Assembly: GCA_017555825.1 (NCBI GenBank)
Contig: JAFZFQ010000022.1
Span: forward strand, 7,174-71,173
Reading direction: 5' to 3'
Length of the DNA: 64,000 nucleotides
DNA from: Bacteroidaceae bacterium
GTDB taxonomy: Bacteria; Bacteroidota; Bacteroidia; Bacteroidales; Barnesiellaceae_A
The notes under the pieces are model-generated. The model was not told the origin of the DNA. It was given only the letters and a program-made list of their open reading frames with translations, and searched no databases. The stretch's first letter is position 1; each line of letters starts with the position of its first letter. The position numbers and the translations under genes were made by a program. Positions 8,936 through 18,510 of the stretch are shown here, piece after piece.

Positions 8936-9574
8936 ATGTACGACGCATTAGAAAAATATATCTGTCAGCACATTGATGCTGCCGAGCCGGCTTTGGCGCA
9001 GCTCGACCGCGACACGCATGTCTATCACCTGCGCCCCCGCATGGTGTCGGGACACTTGCAGGGTCGCATTCTTAAGATGATATGTCGCATGGTGCAACCC
9101 CGCCGTGTGTTGGAGTTGGGCACATTTACCGGCTACTCGGCGCTGTGCTTTGCCGAGGGTATGCCCGAAGATGGCGAGGTGCACACCCTTGAGATAGATG
9201 ATGAGGTGGAGGACTTTGCTCGCGAGCACTTCGATCGTTCGCCCTATGGTCACAAGATAAAGATGATTATAGGCGATGCCCTTGAGTCGATAGCCACACT
9301 CACCGACACCTACGATCTGGTGTTTATAGATGCCAACAAGCGCGATTATATGCGCTATTATGAGGATGTGTTGCCTTTGGTGCGTCCGGGTGGTTTTATT
9401 CTTGCCGACAATACCTTGTGGGATGGAAAAGTAGTTACCGAGCCCAGTAGCAATGATGCACAAACGGTGGGTATAATGGCCTTTAACGACTTTGTTGCTA
9501 CCGATAGTCGTGTGGAGAAGGTGATACTTCCTTTGCGCGACGGACTCACAATTTTGTGGAAAAAACCCTTCTAA
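8936..9574 (+). CDS. Class I SAM-dependent O-methyltransferase (family 3, caffeoyl-CoA OMT-like)
   Basis: 212 aa; SAM motif VLELGTFTGYSALCFAEG, plus DLVFIDANKRDY and ADNTLWDGKV, typical of OMT family 3. Confidence 0.85.
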   Translation: MYDALEKYICQHIDAAEPALAQLDRDTHVYHLRPRMVSGHLQGRILKMICRMVQPRRVLELGTFTGYSALCFAEGMPEDGEVHTLEIDDEVEDFAREHFDRSPYGHKIKMIIGDALESIATLTDTYDLVFIDANKRDYMRYYEDVLPLVRPGGFILADNTLWDGKVVTEPSSNDAQTVGIMAFNDFVATDSRVEKVILPLRDGLTILWKKPF

Positions 9575-9601
9575 CACTTGCTGTATAGGCAGTAATTGTG
9601 T

Positions 9602-9609
9602 TATTTTTG
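9602..9609 (+). promoter_or_regulatory. -7 promoter box TAttTTTG (rbfA)
   Basis: Exact TAnnTTTG, 31 nt upstream of the rbfA ATG at 9640. Confidence 0.45.
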
Positions 9610-9639
9610 CACTATATAAACCTAATAGAAAGAAAAAGT

Positions 9640-9975
9640 ATGGAGACAACAAGACAAAATAAAATAAGCCGCTTGCTACAAAAAGAGTTGAGCGAAATCT
9701 TCTTGAACGAAACCCGCAAAATGCCCGGCACACTTGTGTCGGTGAGTATTGTGCGCATCAGTCCCGATTTGAGCATTGCCAAGGCCTATTTGAGTGTCTT
9801 CCCCTCGGAAAAGGCGCAAGAGACTATTGACGCGGTGAACGCTTCGTCGCGCGAAATACGTTACCAATTGGCGCAACGTGTGCGCTTCCAATTGCGCAAG
9901 ATGCCCGAGTTGCACTTTTATCTCGATGATTCGCTCGATTATATAGAGAATATCGACAATCTACTCAAAAAATAA
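9640..9975 (+). CDS. rbfA: Ribosome-binding factor A
   Basis: METTRQNKISRLLQKELSEIF...VSIVRISPDLSIAKAYLSVF matches RbfA. The start is taken at the internal ATG downstream of the promoter box rather than the ORF-track start at 9598. Confidence 0.9.
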   Translation: METTRQNKISRLLQKELSEIFLNETRKMPGTLVSVSIVRISPDLSIAKAYLSVFPSEKAQETIDAVNASSREIRYQLAQRVRFQLRKMPELHFYLDDSLDYIENIDNLLKK

Positions 9976-9987
9976 TCATTCAAAAGC

Positions 9988-11205
9988 ATGCGCCTTGCCA
10001 TTCGCATAGCCTCACGATACCTCTTTTCCAAGAAGTCACACTCTGCTATCAATATCATTTCTATGATATCGGTGTGTGGCGTGGCTATCATTACGGCTGC
10101 GCTTATATGCACCTTGTCGGTCTACAATGGCTTCTCGCAATTGATAGGCTCGCTACTCTCCGATATTCAACCCGAAGTGAAGATTCTGCCTGCTACGGGC
10201 AAGACTATCGATGGAACGCTTGCTGTGTGGGATGAGATAGCATCGTGGGAAGAGGTTGCGTATATTACCCCTATTATTGAGGATGCTGCGCTTGCTGTGT
10301 ATGACCGACAGCAACCGGTGCATGTAAAGGGTGTCCCCGATGACTACAATACGGCTGTTCCTCTTGACAAGACCATTATAAGTGGCGAATATGCACTACG
10401 CGATGAGGTAACATCTTATGCCATTATGGGTGCGGTTGCTGCTACACGCATCGAGGCAGGTGCCAACTATTCGCGCCCCATTTGGCTCTATGCACCTCGC
10501 CGTCAAGGACGGGTCAATCTGGCCAACCCGGCGGCATCGTTTGAGTCGATGCGATTTTATGTGTCGTCGGTATTTTATACCAATCAGGCCGAATACGATG
10601 ACCAGTATGTATATATCCCACTCGACGATGCTCGCATACTTTTCGATTATCCCACTGAGGCTACATCGTTCGAACTGACTACGGTAGAGGGCGCTTCGGT
10701 ATCACATGTTGTAGATCGCTTGCAAAAGTTGCTTGGCAAACAATATGTCGTGCAAGATCGTCTCATGCAAGGTGGCGATTTGTTCAGGTGGATACAGATT
10801 GAAAAGTGGGTAACCTTTCTAATACTCGCCTTCATTTTACTAATTGCTACATTCAACATCGTTGGATCTCTAACAATGCTCATTGTCGACAAGCAGGACG
10901 ATATTGCAACCTTGCGCAAGTTGGGTGCCGACGACCGCCTCATTACCAATATCTTTATGGCCGAAGGATGGCTCATCTCGATGTTGGGAGCTTTGTCGGG
11001 ACTGATAATCGGTGTTGTGCTCTGTTGGTTGCAACAAGAATTTGGACTGTTGCGACTGGGTAGTTCGGGCTCGTTTATTGTAGATGCCTATCCTGTGCAA
11101 CTGCAATGGGGTGATACACTCATAGTTACCTCTATCGTGTTGTTGTTGGGTGCTGTCACTGCCGGCTATCCGGCCAAGATTTTGCGTCGCAAGCTCGGAG
11201 TGTGA
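9988..11205 (+). CDS. FtsX-like ABC transporter permease (LolC/E-type)
   Basis: 405 aa. N-terminal TM, a large periplasmic loop, and three C-terminal TMs with an FtsX-domain pattern (ILIATFNIVGSLTMLIVDKQDDIATLRKLGA). Confidence 0.8.
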   Translation: MRLAIRIASRYLFSKKSHSAINIISMISVCGVAIITAALICTLSVYNGFSQLIGSLLSDIQPEVKILPATGKTIDGTLAVWDEIASWEEVAYITPIIEDAALAVYDRQQPVHVKGVPDDYNTAVPLDKTIISGEYALRDEVTSYAIMGAVAATRIEAGANYSRPIWLYAPRRQGRVNLANPAASFESMRFYVSSVFYTNQAEYDDQYVYIPLDDARILFDYPTEATSFELTTVEGASVSHVVDRLQKLLGKQYVVQDRLMQGGDLFRWIQIEKWVTFLILAFILLIATFNIVGSLTMLIVDKQDDIATLRKLGADDRLITNIFMAEGWLISMLGALSGLIIGVVLCWLQQEFGLLRLGSSGSFIVDAYPVQLQWGDTLIVTSIVLLLGAVTAGYPAKILRRKLGV

Positions 11206-11310
11206 TTTCATTTTGTAACAATCTATTTCATCTTTACTGTTTGTAAAGCACAAAAGGTGCAAAAAAAGAAAAAAAACGACGGTTTTTCATGGTTTACCAA
11301 AAAAGATATG

Positions 11311-11318
11311 TATCTTTG
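11311..11318 (+). promoter_or_regulatory. -7 promoter box TAtcTTTG (lplA-gcv cluster)
   Basis: Exact TAnnTTTG, 23 nt upstream of the lplA ATG. Confidence 0.5.
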
Positions 11319-11341
11319 AAAGTTGTTAGCCTTGAAAACCG

Positions 11342-12325
11342 ATGAAACATATTCTTTTGCCCGATAATCGCCCTCGCAGGCTTGTCTTCTATCTCGCGAT
11401 GGAGGAGTATGTGGCACGCTGTCTCGATGAGAAGGAGTGCTTCTTTATGTGGCAAGTAGCGCCCACGGTTATATTTGGTCGCAACCAAGTTCTCGAGGCC
11501 GAAATCAACCTTCCCTATTGTCAAGAAAACAACATTTCGATTTTCCGTCGCAAAAGCGGTGGAGGATGTGTATACTCCGACATGGGCAACATCATGCTGT
11601 CGTATATCAAAGATGGCGACTCGGTAGGGTTTGTATTCGATACATATATGCGTCTTATAGCATTTGCCTTGCAAAAGGCCGGTATCGAAGCACAGGTTTC
11701 GGGTCGTAACGATATATTGGTCGATGGTCGCAAGGTGTCGGGCAACGCATTCTATCAACTACCCGGTCGTAGCATCGTGCATGGCACTATGCTCTTTGAC
11801 ACCAATTTCGACCATCTTGTCAATGCCATTACACCCTCCAACAAAAAGTTGCAAAGCAAGGGTGTTGCCTCGGTGCGCCAACGCGTTACCAATCTTGTTG
11901 AGCACACATCGATGAGCATCGAGGACTTTAAAAAGCACATGATAACAACCCTGTGCGATAGCGAGCGCATGCTCACTTGGGACGAAGTAGCTGCTATCGA
12001 AGAGATAGAACGTACCTATCTCGACGAGGCCTTTATCTACGGTCGCAGTCCTCGCTACAGCTTCGATAGTGGCATGCAACACACCAAAGCCGGCGAGGTT
12101 GCTGTTGAGATAGCCTTGCGACACGGACTCATTGAGGGTGTAGAGCTTAAAGGTGACTTCTTTGTATTGCAAGACTATGCTCAGGAACTGAATAAGCGTC
12201 TCGACGGTGTGGCTTTTGAGCGCAAACCTATGCAAGAGGCTTTGAAAACATTCAACCTCGATATGTATATAAAAGACCTGACAACCGATGATTTTATAGA
12301 AATAATATTTACAGAAAACAATTAA
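11342..12325 (+). CDS. lplA: Lipoate-protein ligase A
   Basis: 327 aa; LplA-type motifs (FGRNQ...E.N, RRKSGGGCVYSDMGN, KVSGNAFY) and a C-terminal LplA accessory domain. Confidence 0.87.
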   Translation: MKHILLPDNRPRRLVFYLAMEEYVARCLDEKECFFMWQVAPTVIFGRNQVLEAEINLPYCQENNISIFRRKSGGGCVYSDMGNIMLSYIKDGDSVGFVFDTYMRLIAFALQKAGIEAQVSGRNDILVDGRKVSGNAFYQLPGRSIVHGTMLFDTNFDHLVNAITPSNKKLQSKGVASVRQRVTNLVEHTSMSIEDFKKHMITTLCDSERMLTWDEVAAIEEIERTYLDEAFIYGRSPRYSFDSGMQHTKAGEVAVEIALRHGLIEGVELKGDFFVLQDYAQELNKRLDGVAFERKPMQEALKTFNLDMYIKDLTTDDFIEIIFTENN

Positions 12326-12338
12326 TATCAAAAACCTT

Positions 12339-13439
12339 ATGGACAATCTATTGAAAACCTGTCTTTACGACAAACATGTGGCTCTCCAAGCACAAATGAG
12401 CCCCTTTGCAGGCTATATGATGCCTATCCAATACACATCTATCATTGAGGAGCACGAAGCTGTGCGCAACAATGTTGGTATGTTTGATGTGTCACACATG
12501 GGCGAGATTTATGTTTCGGGCCCCGATGCTGTAAAATTTGTAAACTATATATTCTCTAACCAAGTAGCCGACATGCCCGTGGGCAAGGTGCTCTATGGTT
12601 TTATGCTCTATCCTACAGGTGGTGTAGTTGATGACTTGCTCGTGTATCGCATGCAAGCCGAGAACACATTCCTTCTCGTTGTAAACGCATCGAACATTGC
12701 CAAAGACTACCAATGGGTATGTGAGCAAAGCGCCGGTTACGATGTAAAAGTAGAGAATGCTTCGGACAATGTTGCACAAATTGCCCTCCAAGGCCCCAAT
12801 GCCGAGAGCGTAGCAGTCAATTTGTTGGGCTTGCCCGTTGCCGACCTTGAGTTCTATACTTTCAAAGAGTTGGAGTACAATGGCCACTACCTCATTGCCA
12901 GCCGTACAGGTTATACCGGTGAGGATGGTTATGAGTTCTATGCCGATCAAGAGACAATCTTGGCATTGTGGGACAAACTCTACAACGAGGGTAAAGTTGC
13001 AGCTTGCGGTCTTGGCTGTCGCGATACATTGCGTTTCGAGGCCGGTTTGCCTCTCTATGGTCATGAGATTGATGCCGATATCACTCCCGTTGAGGCCGGC
13101 TTGAGCATGTTCGTAAAACTTGATAAAGAGAACGACTTCTTGGGTAAAGAGGCTTGCGCTCGTCAAAAAGCAGAAGGTGTAACTCGCAAATCGGTTGGTA
13201 TCGAACTCCACGACAAGGCTATCCCCCGTGCCGAGTACGAAGTAGAAGTTGATGGTAAAGTAGTAGGCCGTGTAACAACCGGTTATCGCTCTATCTCTTG
13301 CGACAAGAGTGTGTGTGTAGCCCTCGTAGACAAAGAGTATGCTGCAATGGGTAGCGAGGTTGAAGTACGCATCCGCAAGAAAACTTTCAAAGGCACTATC
13401 TGCAAACGTCGCTTCTATGAAGCCAAATACAAGAAATAA
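12339..13439 (+). CDS. gcvT: Glycine cleavage system aminomethyltransferase (T protein)
   Basis: 366 aa; LYDKHVALQAQMSPFAGYMMPIQY...GMFDVSHMGE...SRTGYTGEDGYEF. Confidence 0.95.
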   Translation: MDNLLKTCLYDKHVALQAQMSPFAGYMMPIQYTSIIEEHEAVRNNVGMFDVSHMGEIYVSGPDAVKFVNYIFSNQVADMPVGKVLYGFMLYPTGGVVDDLLVYRMQAENTFLLVVNASNIAKDYQWVCEQSAGYDVKVENASDNVAQIALQGPNAESVAVNLLGLPVADLEFYTFKELEYNGHYLIASRTGYTGEDGYEFYADQETILALWDKLYNEGKVAACGLGCRDTLRFEAGLPLYGHEIDADITPVEAGLSMFVKLDKENDFLGKEACARQKAEGVTRKSVGIELHDKAIPRAEYEVEVDGKVVGRVTTGYRSISCDKSVCVALVDKEYAAMGSEVEVRIRKKTFKGTICKRRFYEAKYKK

Positions 13440-13495
13440 TTTTTTAAACCTAACATAAACAAAAAAAATATCTAACCTTTAAAAACGAAAATATT

Positions 13496-13882
13496 ATGAG
13501 CACAGTATTGAATGGTCTGTATTACAGCGAATCACACGAATGGGTAAAAGTAGAAGGCAATATCGCTATCGTAGGTATCACCGACTATGCACAACACGCA
13601 TTGGGTAACATCGTATATGTTGATATGCCCGAAGTTGATGACGAAGTTGCAAAAGAAGAGGACTTTGGTGCAGTAGAGAGCACAAAAGCTGCCAGCGACC
13701 TTATCTCGCCCGTAAGTGGTACTGTTGTTGAAATAAACGAGGCTCTCGAAGATAGCCCCGAGCTTATCAACGAAAATGCTTTTGAGAACTGGATTATGAA
13801 AGTAGAAATGAGCGACGCTGCCGAGCTAGAAGGCTTGATGGACGCTGCTGCTTATGAGGCTTTCTGCGCTAACGAACACTAA
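13496..13882 (+). CDS. gcvH: Glycine cleavage system H protein
   Basis: 128 aa; YSESHEWVK...GITDYAQ...VESTKAASDLISPVSG (lipoyl-lysine motif). Confidence 0.95.
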   Translation: MSTVLNGLYYSESHEWVKVEGNIAIVGITDYAQHALGNIVYVDMPEVDDEVAKEEDFGAVESTKAASDLISPVSGTVVEINEALEDSPELINENAFENWIMKVEMSDAAELEGLMDAAAYEAFCANEH

Positions 13883-13895
13883 TCCACGCCCTACT

Positions 13896-15224
13896 ATGAG
13901 TTTTTCATATTTTCCCCATACCGAGGAAGATATACAAGCTATGTTGGCACGTATCGGCATGAAGTCGCTCGACGATCTTTATGCCGATATTCCCAAAGAA
14001 GTATTCTTCTCGGACGACAAGGAGTATGACCTTCCCTCGGCCTATAGCGAGGAGGAAATACGCCGTCGCTTTGCCGAATTGGAGAGCCGTAACCGCAACC
14101 TTACCGTATTTGCCGGTGCCGGTGCATACGACCACTACGCTCCTTCGGTAATTCCTTATTTGTTGCAACGCTCTGAGTTTATCACCGCCTATACTCCCTA
14201 CCAAGCTGAGATTTCGCAAGGTACATTGCGCTATATCTTCGAGTTCCAAAGCATGATTGCTTCGCTCACCGGTATGGATTGTGCCAATGCCTCTATGTAT
14301 GATGGCCCTACTGCTGCCGCCGAGGCTGTGATGATGGCTCTTGCTTCTACTCGTAAGAAAACTCGCGTACTTGTGGCCGATACTTTGCCTGTCAACGTAC
14401 GTCGCGTTATAGATACCTATGCCAAGTATCGTGGTATTAATATCACTACTCTTGCACATGTCGATGGCGCAACATCGCTCGATGCTGTCAAGGCCGAGCT
14501 CGCTGCCGGCGATGTAGCCGGTTTGTTGGTTCCTGCTATCAACAAGTATGGTATCATCGAAGACTTTACCGGTTTTGCCGATGCTATGCACGAGCAAAAA
14601 GCACTCTTCATGGTGTATGCCGATCCTTCGGCTCTTGCTGTTGTGAAGACTCCCGGTGAGTGGGGTGCCGATATTGCTTGCGGTGATGGTCAAACATTGG
14701 GTATGCCCATGAACTATGGTGGTCCCTATGTAGGTTTCTTGGCATGCAAGAAAGAGCATGTGCGCAAGTTGCCCGGACGCGTGGTAGGTGCTACCCGCGA
14801 TGTCGATGGCAAGCGTGCATTTGTGCTCACATTGCAAGCTCGCGAGCAACACATACGTCGTGAGAAGGCTACCAGCAACATCTGCTCTAACCAATCGCTC
14901 ATGTCGTTGTATGTAACCATCTATCTCGCCTTGATGGGTCCTCGTGGTCTCAAAGAGGTAAACGAAATGAGCTATGGTGGTGCTCACGAATTGTACAACC
15001 GCTTGATTGCTACAGGCAAGTTTACTCCCGTATTTGACAAGCCCTTCTTGAAAGAGTTTGTTCTCAATACAACCTTGCCCGTTGCCGAGTTGCAAGAGGC
15101 ATTGCTCCGTGAGGGTATCTTCGGTGCTTTGCAAACCGAAGAGGGCTACGTATCGTTCTGCGTAACCGAGCGTCGCACTCCCGAAGAGATAGACCGTTTA
15201 ATTAATGTCATAAATACACTGTAA
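13896..15224 (+). CDS. gcvPA: Glycine dehydrogenase (decarboxylating) subunit 1
   Basis: About 442 aa from MSFSYFPHTEEDIQAML...; FAGAGAYDHY, TAYTPYQAEISQGTL. ATG chosen 13 nt after the gcvH stop. Confidence 0.93.
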   Translation: MSFSYFPHTEEDIQAMLARIGMKSLDDLYADIPKEVFFSDDKEYDLPSAYSEEEIRRRFAELESRNRNLTVFAGAGAYDHYAPSVIPYLLQRSEFITAYTPYQAEISQGTLRYIFEFQSMIASLTGMDCANASMYDGPTAAAEAVMMALASTRKKTRVLVADTLPVNVRRVIDTYAKYRGINITTLAHVDGATSLDAVKAELAAGDVAGLLVPAINKYGIIEDFTGFADAMHEQKALFMVYADPSALAVVKTPGEWGADIACGDGQTLGMPMNYGGPYVGFLACKKEHVRKLPGRVVGATRDVDGKRAFVLTLQAREQHIRREKATSNICSNQSLMSLYVTIYLALMGPRGLKEVNEMSYGGAHELYNRLIATGKFTPVFDKPFLKEFVLNTTLPVAELQEALLREGIFGALQTEEGYVSFCVTERRTPEEIDRLINVINTL

Positions 15225-15227
15225 ACC

Positions 15228-16694
15228 ATGAAATACTACGATAGATTAGTTTTCGAATTATCGAAAGAGGGACGTATAGGTTATTCGCTCCCCCGCAACC
15301 CATGGGCACAGCACACTTCTGACATTCCCGAGGGTTTGCGTCGTACTACCGATACAGGCCTACCCCAAGTAGATGAGTTGGGCGTGGTGCGCCACTATAC
15401 CAACTTGTCAAATATGAACTTTGGTGTTGATACAGGTTTCTACCCCCTTGGTAGCTGTACTATGAAGTACAACCCCAAAATCAACGATGAGATGGCCGCT
15501 CTCAATGGCTTCAAAAATCTCCACCCGTTGCAACCCACCGAGACTACTCAAGGTGCTCTCGAACTTTACTATGAGTTGAATCGCTCGCTTGCTACCATCA
15601 CAGGTATGGCCGAGTGTACTCTCAATCCCTTTGCGGGTGCTCATGGTGAGCTCACCGGTTTGATGATTATGCGTCAATATCACCTCTTGCGTGGTGATGT
15701 GAAACGTACCAAGGTTATCGTACCCGATAGCGCCCACGGTACCAACCCTGCAAGTGCTGCAGTGTGTGGTTTGGATGTTGTTGAGGTGAAATCTCGCCCC
15801 GACGGTACTATCGACATCGAGTCGTTGCGCGCTGTACTCGACGATACTATTGCCGGTATCATGATGACCAACCCCAATACATTGGGCTTGTTCGAAACTC
15901 GTATTCTTGAGATAGCTCAAATGGTACACGATTGTGGTGGTTTGCTCTACTACGATGGTGCCAATATGAACCCCTTGTTGGGTCGTTGCCGTCCCGGCGA
16001 TATGGGATTTGATATTCTTCACCTCAACTTGCACAAGACCTTCTCAACACCTCACGGTGGTGGTGGTCCCGGTTCGGGTGCTGTAGGTGTTGCCGCTCAC
16101 CTTACTGAGTATTTGCCCAGTCCTCGCGTTATTCGCAATGCCGAGGGTCGATATGAAATATACAATGGCCCCGAGGCTATTGGTCAAGTATCGGGCTTCT
16201 TGGGTAACTATGGTGTATTGCAACGCGCTTATACCTATGTACTCTCTTTGGGTAAAGAGAATATCCGCTATGCCGGTCCTTTGGCTACGCTCAATGCCAA
16301 CTACATCAAGGAAGAGTTGAAGGGCGACTACAAGTTGCCTATCGATACATTGTGCAAGCATGAGTTTGTATTCGACGGTTTGGCCGATACATCTACAGGT
16401 GTTACCACACTCGATATCGCCAAGCGCTTGCTCGACTATGGCTATCACGCTCCCACAATCTACTTCCCCTTGTTGTTCCATCAATCAATCATGATAGAGC
16501 CTACTGAGACAGAGTCTCTTGAGACAATCACCGAGTTTATCTCTATTATGAAGAAGATTGCCGAGGAGGCACGTACTATGCCCGACGAGTTGAAGACTGC
16601 ACCTCACAACACACCGGTGCGTCGTCTTGACGAGACTACAGCGGCCAAGAACCCCATCCTCACTTACACTGAGTTGAAAAACCAAGCCGAATAA
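15228..16694 (+). CDS. gcvPB: Glycine dehydrogenase (decarboxylating) subunit 2
   Basis: 488 aa; PLGSCTMKYNPK, and the PLP-lysine context LNLHKTFSTPHGGGGPG. Confidence 0.95.
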   Translation: MKYYDRLVFELSKEGRIGYSLPRNPWAQHTSDIPEGLRRTTDTGLPQVDELGVVRHYTNLSNMNFGVDTGFYPLGSCTMKYNPKINDEMAALNGFKNLHPLQPTETTQGALELYYELNRSLATITGMAECTLNPFAGAHGELTGLMIMRQYHLLRGDVKRTKVIVPDSAHGTNPASAAVCGLDVVEVKSRPDGTIDIESLRAVLDDTIAGIMMTNPNTLGLFETRILEIAQMVHDCGGLLYYDGANMNPLLGRCRPGDMGFDILHLNLHKTFSTPHGGGGPGSGAVGVAAHLTEYLPSPRVIRNAEGRYEIYNGPEAIGQVSGFLGNYGVLQRAYTYVLSLGKENIRYAGPLATLNANYIKEELKGDYKLPIDTLCKHEFVFDGLADTSTGVTTLDIAKRLLDYGYHAPTIYFPLLFHQSIMIEPTETESLETITEFISIMKKIAEEARTMPDELKTAPHNTPVRRLDETTAAKNPILTYTELKNQAE

Positions 16695-16698
16695 TTGT

Positions 16699-18048
16699 AT
16701 GCACACACCTCTTATTATTATAGGAGCCGGTCCCGGTGGTTACGAAACCGCCGTGCTGGCAGCTCAAAGAGGCATCGAAGTTGTTCTCATAGAGGCAAGT
16801 GCCATAGGTGGCACATGCCTCAATGAGGGCTGTATACCCACCAAGTCGTTCTGCAAGAATGCACAAGTTATCAACGACCTCAAGGAGGCCGAGTTGTATG
16901 GCATAGAGGGTGTAAGCTACAACTTTAACTTTGCCGCCGTTACCGAGCGTAAGAACAATATTGTAGCACAACTCAAGCAAGGTGTTGCTACGCTGTTGGG
17001 TCACAAACTCATCCACCTCGTTGAGGGCAAAGCTCAGTTTGTAGACGCTCATACTGTAGAGGTAAATGGTGAGCAATACAGTGCCGACAATATTATCATA
17101 GCTACCGGTTCGGTGAGCAAGTTCTTGCCCATCGAGGGTGCACACCTCCCTGGTGTACTCACCTCGAAAGAGATGCTCGAACTCACCGAGATTCCTCGCC
17201 GACTTTGCGTTATCGGTGCCGGTGTTATTGGATTGGAGTTTGCCTCTATCTTCAATAGCTTTGGTAGCGAGGTTACAGTTGTAGAGTTCTGCAAAGAGGT
17301 ATTGCCTCGATTTGATACCGACATAGCCAAGCGTCTCAAACAAAGCCTCTCGAAACGTGGTATTGAGATACTTACCCAAACAGGTGTTACTGCCATCAAG
17401 CAAGAGGGCGAGGAGATGCACGTGTCGTACAACCGCAAGGGTAAAGAGGAGACAATTACTGTCGATCGCGTATTGATGGCAGTGGGTCGTCGTGCCAATA
17501 CCGACTCGCTCAATCTTGCCGATGTTGGTATAGAGTTTACTCCTGCCGGCATCAAGGTCAATGATATGATGCAGACCAACGTGCCTCACATCTATGCTAT
17601 TGGCGACGTTACAGGTGGCATTATGCTTGCTCACGCTGCTACTTGGCATGGTATTCGTGCACTCAACCACATCTGTGGCAATGACAACGATGGCATTCGC
17701 CTCGATGTTATCCCTGCGGCTGTATTTACAGTGCCCGAGGTTGCTACTGTGGGTCTCACCGAAGACGAGTGCAAGGACAAGGGTATTGATTATCGTTGTG
17801 GTAAGGCATTCTTCCGCGCCAATGGTAAGGCCTTGTGTATGAACGAGCCCGATGGCTTGTGCAAGGTGATTGCCGATGCCGACGGCAAGTTGTTGGGTTG
17901 TCACCTCTATGGTCCCCACGCTGCCGACTTGGTGCAAGAGGTATGCGCACTTATCTCTACCGGCGCTACTGTCAATCAGCTCAAGCGCATTATTCACACT
18001 CACCCCACATTGGGCGAGGTGGTACAAACTGCTGCGCACACTATGTAA
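16699..18048 (+). CDS. lpdA: Dihydrolipoyl dehydrogenase (L protein / E3)
   Basis: 449 aa; FAD motif IIGAGPGGY, redox-active disulfide GGTCLNEGCIPTK, NAD motif VIGAGVIGLE, C-terminal HTHPTLGE. Confidence 0.92.
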   Translation: MHTPLIIIGAGPGGYETAVLAAQRGIEVVLIEASAIGGTCLNEGCIPTKSFCKNAQVINDLKEAELYGIEGVSYNFNFAAVTERKNNIVAQLKQGVATLLGHKLIHLVEGKAQFVDAHTVEVNGEQYSADNIIIATGSVSKFLPIEGAHLPGVLTSKEMLELTEIPRRLCVIGAGVIGLEFASIFNSFGSEVTVVEFCKEVLPRFDTDIAKRLKQSLSKRGIEILTQTGVTAIKQEGEEMHVSYNRKGKEETITVDRVLMAVGRRANTDSLNLADVGIEFTPAGIKVNDMMQTNVPHIYAIGDVTGGIMLAHAATWHGIRALNHICGNDNDGIRLDVIPAAVFTVPEVATVGLTEDECKDKGIDYRCGKAFFRANGKALCMNEPDGLCKVIADADGKLLGCHLYGPHAADLVQEVCALISTGATVNQLKRIIHTHPTLGEVVQTAAHTM

Positions 18049-18075
18049 GATAGTTAAAGCAACAAAAATAGATAG

Positions 18076-18110
18076 TCGAGGTCATCCAAACGGGTGGCCT
18101 CGATTGTTTT
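18076..18110 (+). terminator. Rho-independent terminator after lpdA
   Basis: 12-bp stem tcgaggtcatcc/gggtggcctcga (two G-U pairs), 4-nt loop, followed by ttgtttt. Confidence 0.7.
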
Positions 18111-18135
18111 AAGCGTATAATCTGATGCTGTTGTT

Positions 18136-18423
18136 ATGGAGCAAAGTTGGTTGTACGATATATGTGGCTATGTGGCCTCGGTGGGTATGATATTGGGTTA
18201 TCTGCCACAAGCTATTCGCACCATGCGCACGCGCAAGACCGACGATATTGCGTTGCCCACATTCTTGATGATGGCTGTGGGTGCATTCTGTTTTATGTTG
18301 CAGGGGTTGCTTCATAACCCCGATATTATATGGTCGCTTTTTCTCACCAACCTTGTCACCTCGGTATGCAGTGCAGTAGTGTTCGCCATAAAGCTACACA
18401 ATGAGTTCTTGCGAAAGAAGTAG
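18136..18423 (+). CDS. SemiSWEET / PQ-loop family small membrane transporter
   Basis: 95 aa with three predicted TMs. The PQ motif lies in TM1 (GYLPQAIRTMRTRKTDDIAL), as in bacterial SemiSWEETs. Confidence 0.7.
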   Translation: MEQSWLYDICGYVASVGMILGYLPQAIRTMRTRKTDDIALPTFLMMAVGAFCFMLQGLLHNPDIIWSLFLTNLVTSVCSAVVFAIKLHNEFLRKK

Positions 18424-18510
18424 TTATTATATATAATGTGTAGTTGTGGGCAAACCATCGATGCAATCTCGTTGTTATAATGAGAAAATCTCACATCGCA
18501 ATAAATCATT

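Noticed and set aside
11206-11341. A possible glycine riboswitch in the leader of the lplA-gcv cluster.
   Set aside because: The leader from the -7 box to the ATG is only about 23 nt. The upstream 136 bp is A/T-rich and lacks the conserved GGAGAG...CACCG-type cores and paired aptamers. An Infernal scan would be the decisive test.
13905-15134. A 409-aa antisense ORF opposite gcvPA. There are similar ones at 12492-13211 and 15408-16034, opposite gcvT and gcvPB.
   Set aside because: Same reasoning: it is fully nested in strongly supported genes, has no motifs, and its composition is typical of shadow ORFs.
16660-18039. A 459-aa ORF on the minus strand covering almost the whole of lpdA. It is as long as the real gene.
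   Set aside because: It is a mirror ORF inside a gene whose plus-strand product has every diagnostic E3 motif. The antisense translation is low-complexity (rich in L, V, G, T, C and H) with no recognisable motif, no -7 box and no start context. Long antisense ORFs are an expected by-product of codon bias that depletes the reverse complements of stop codons.
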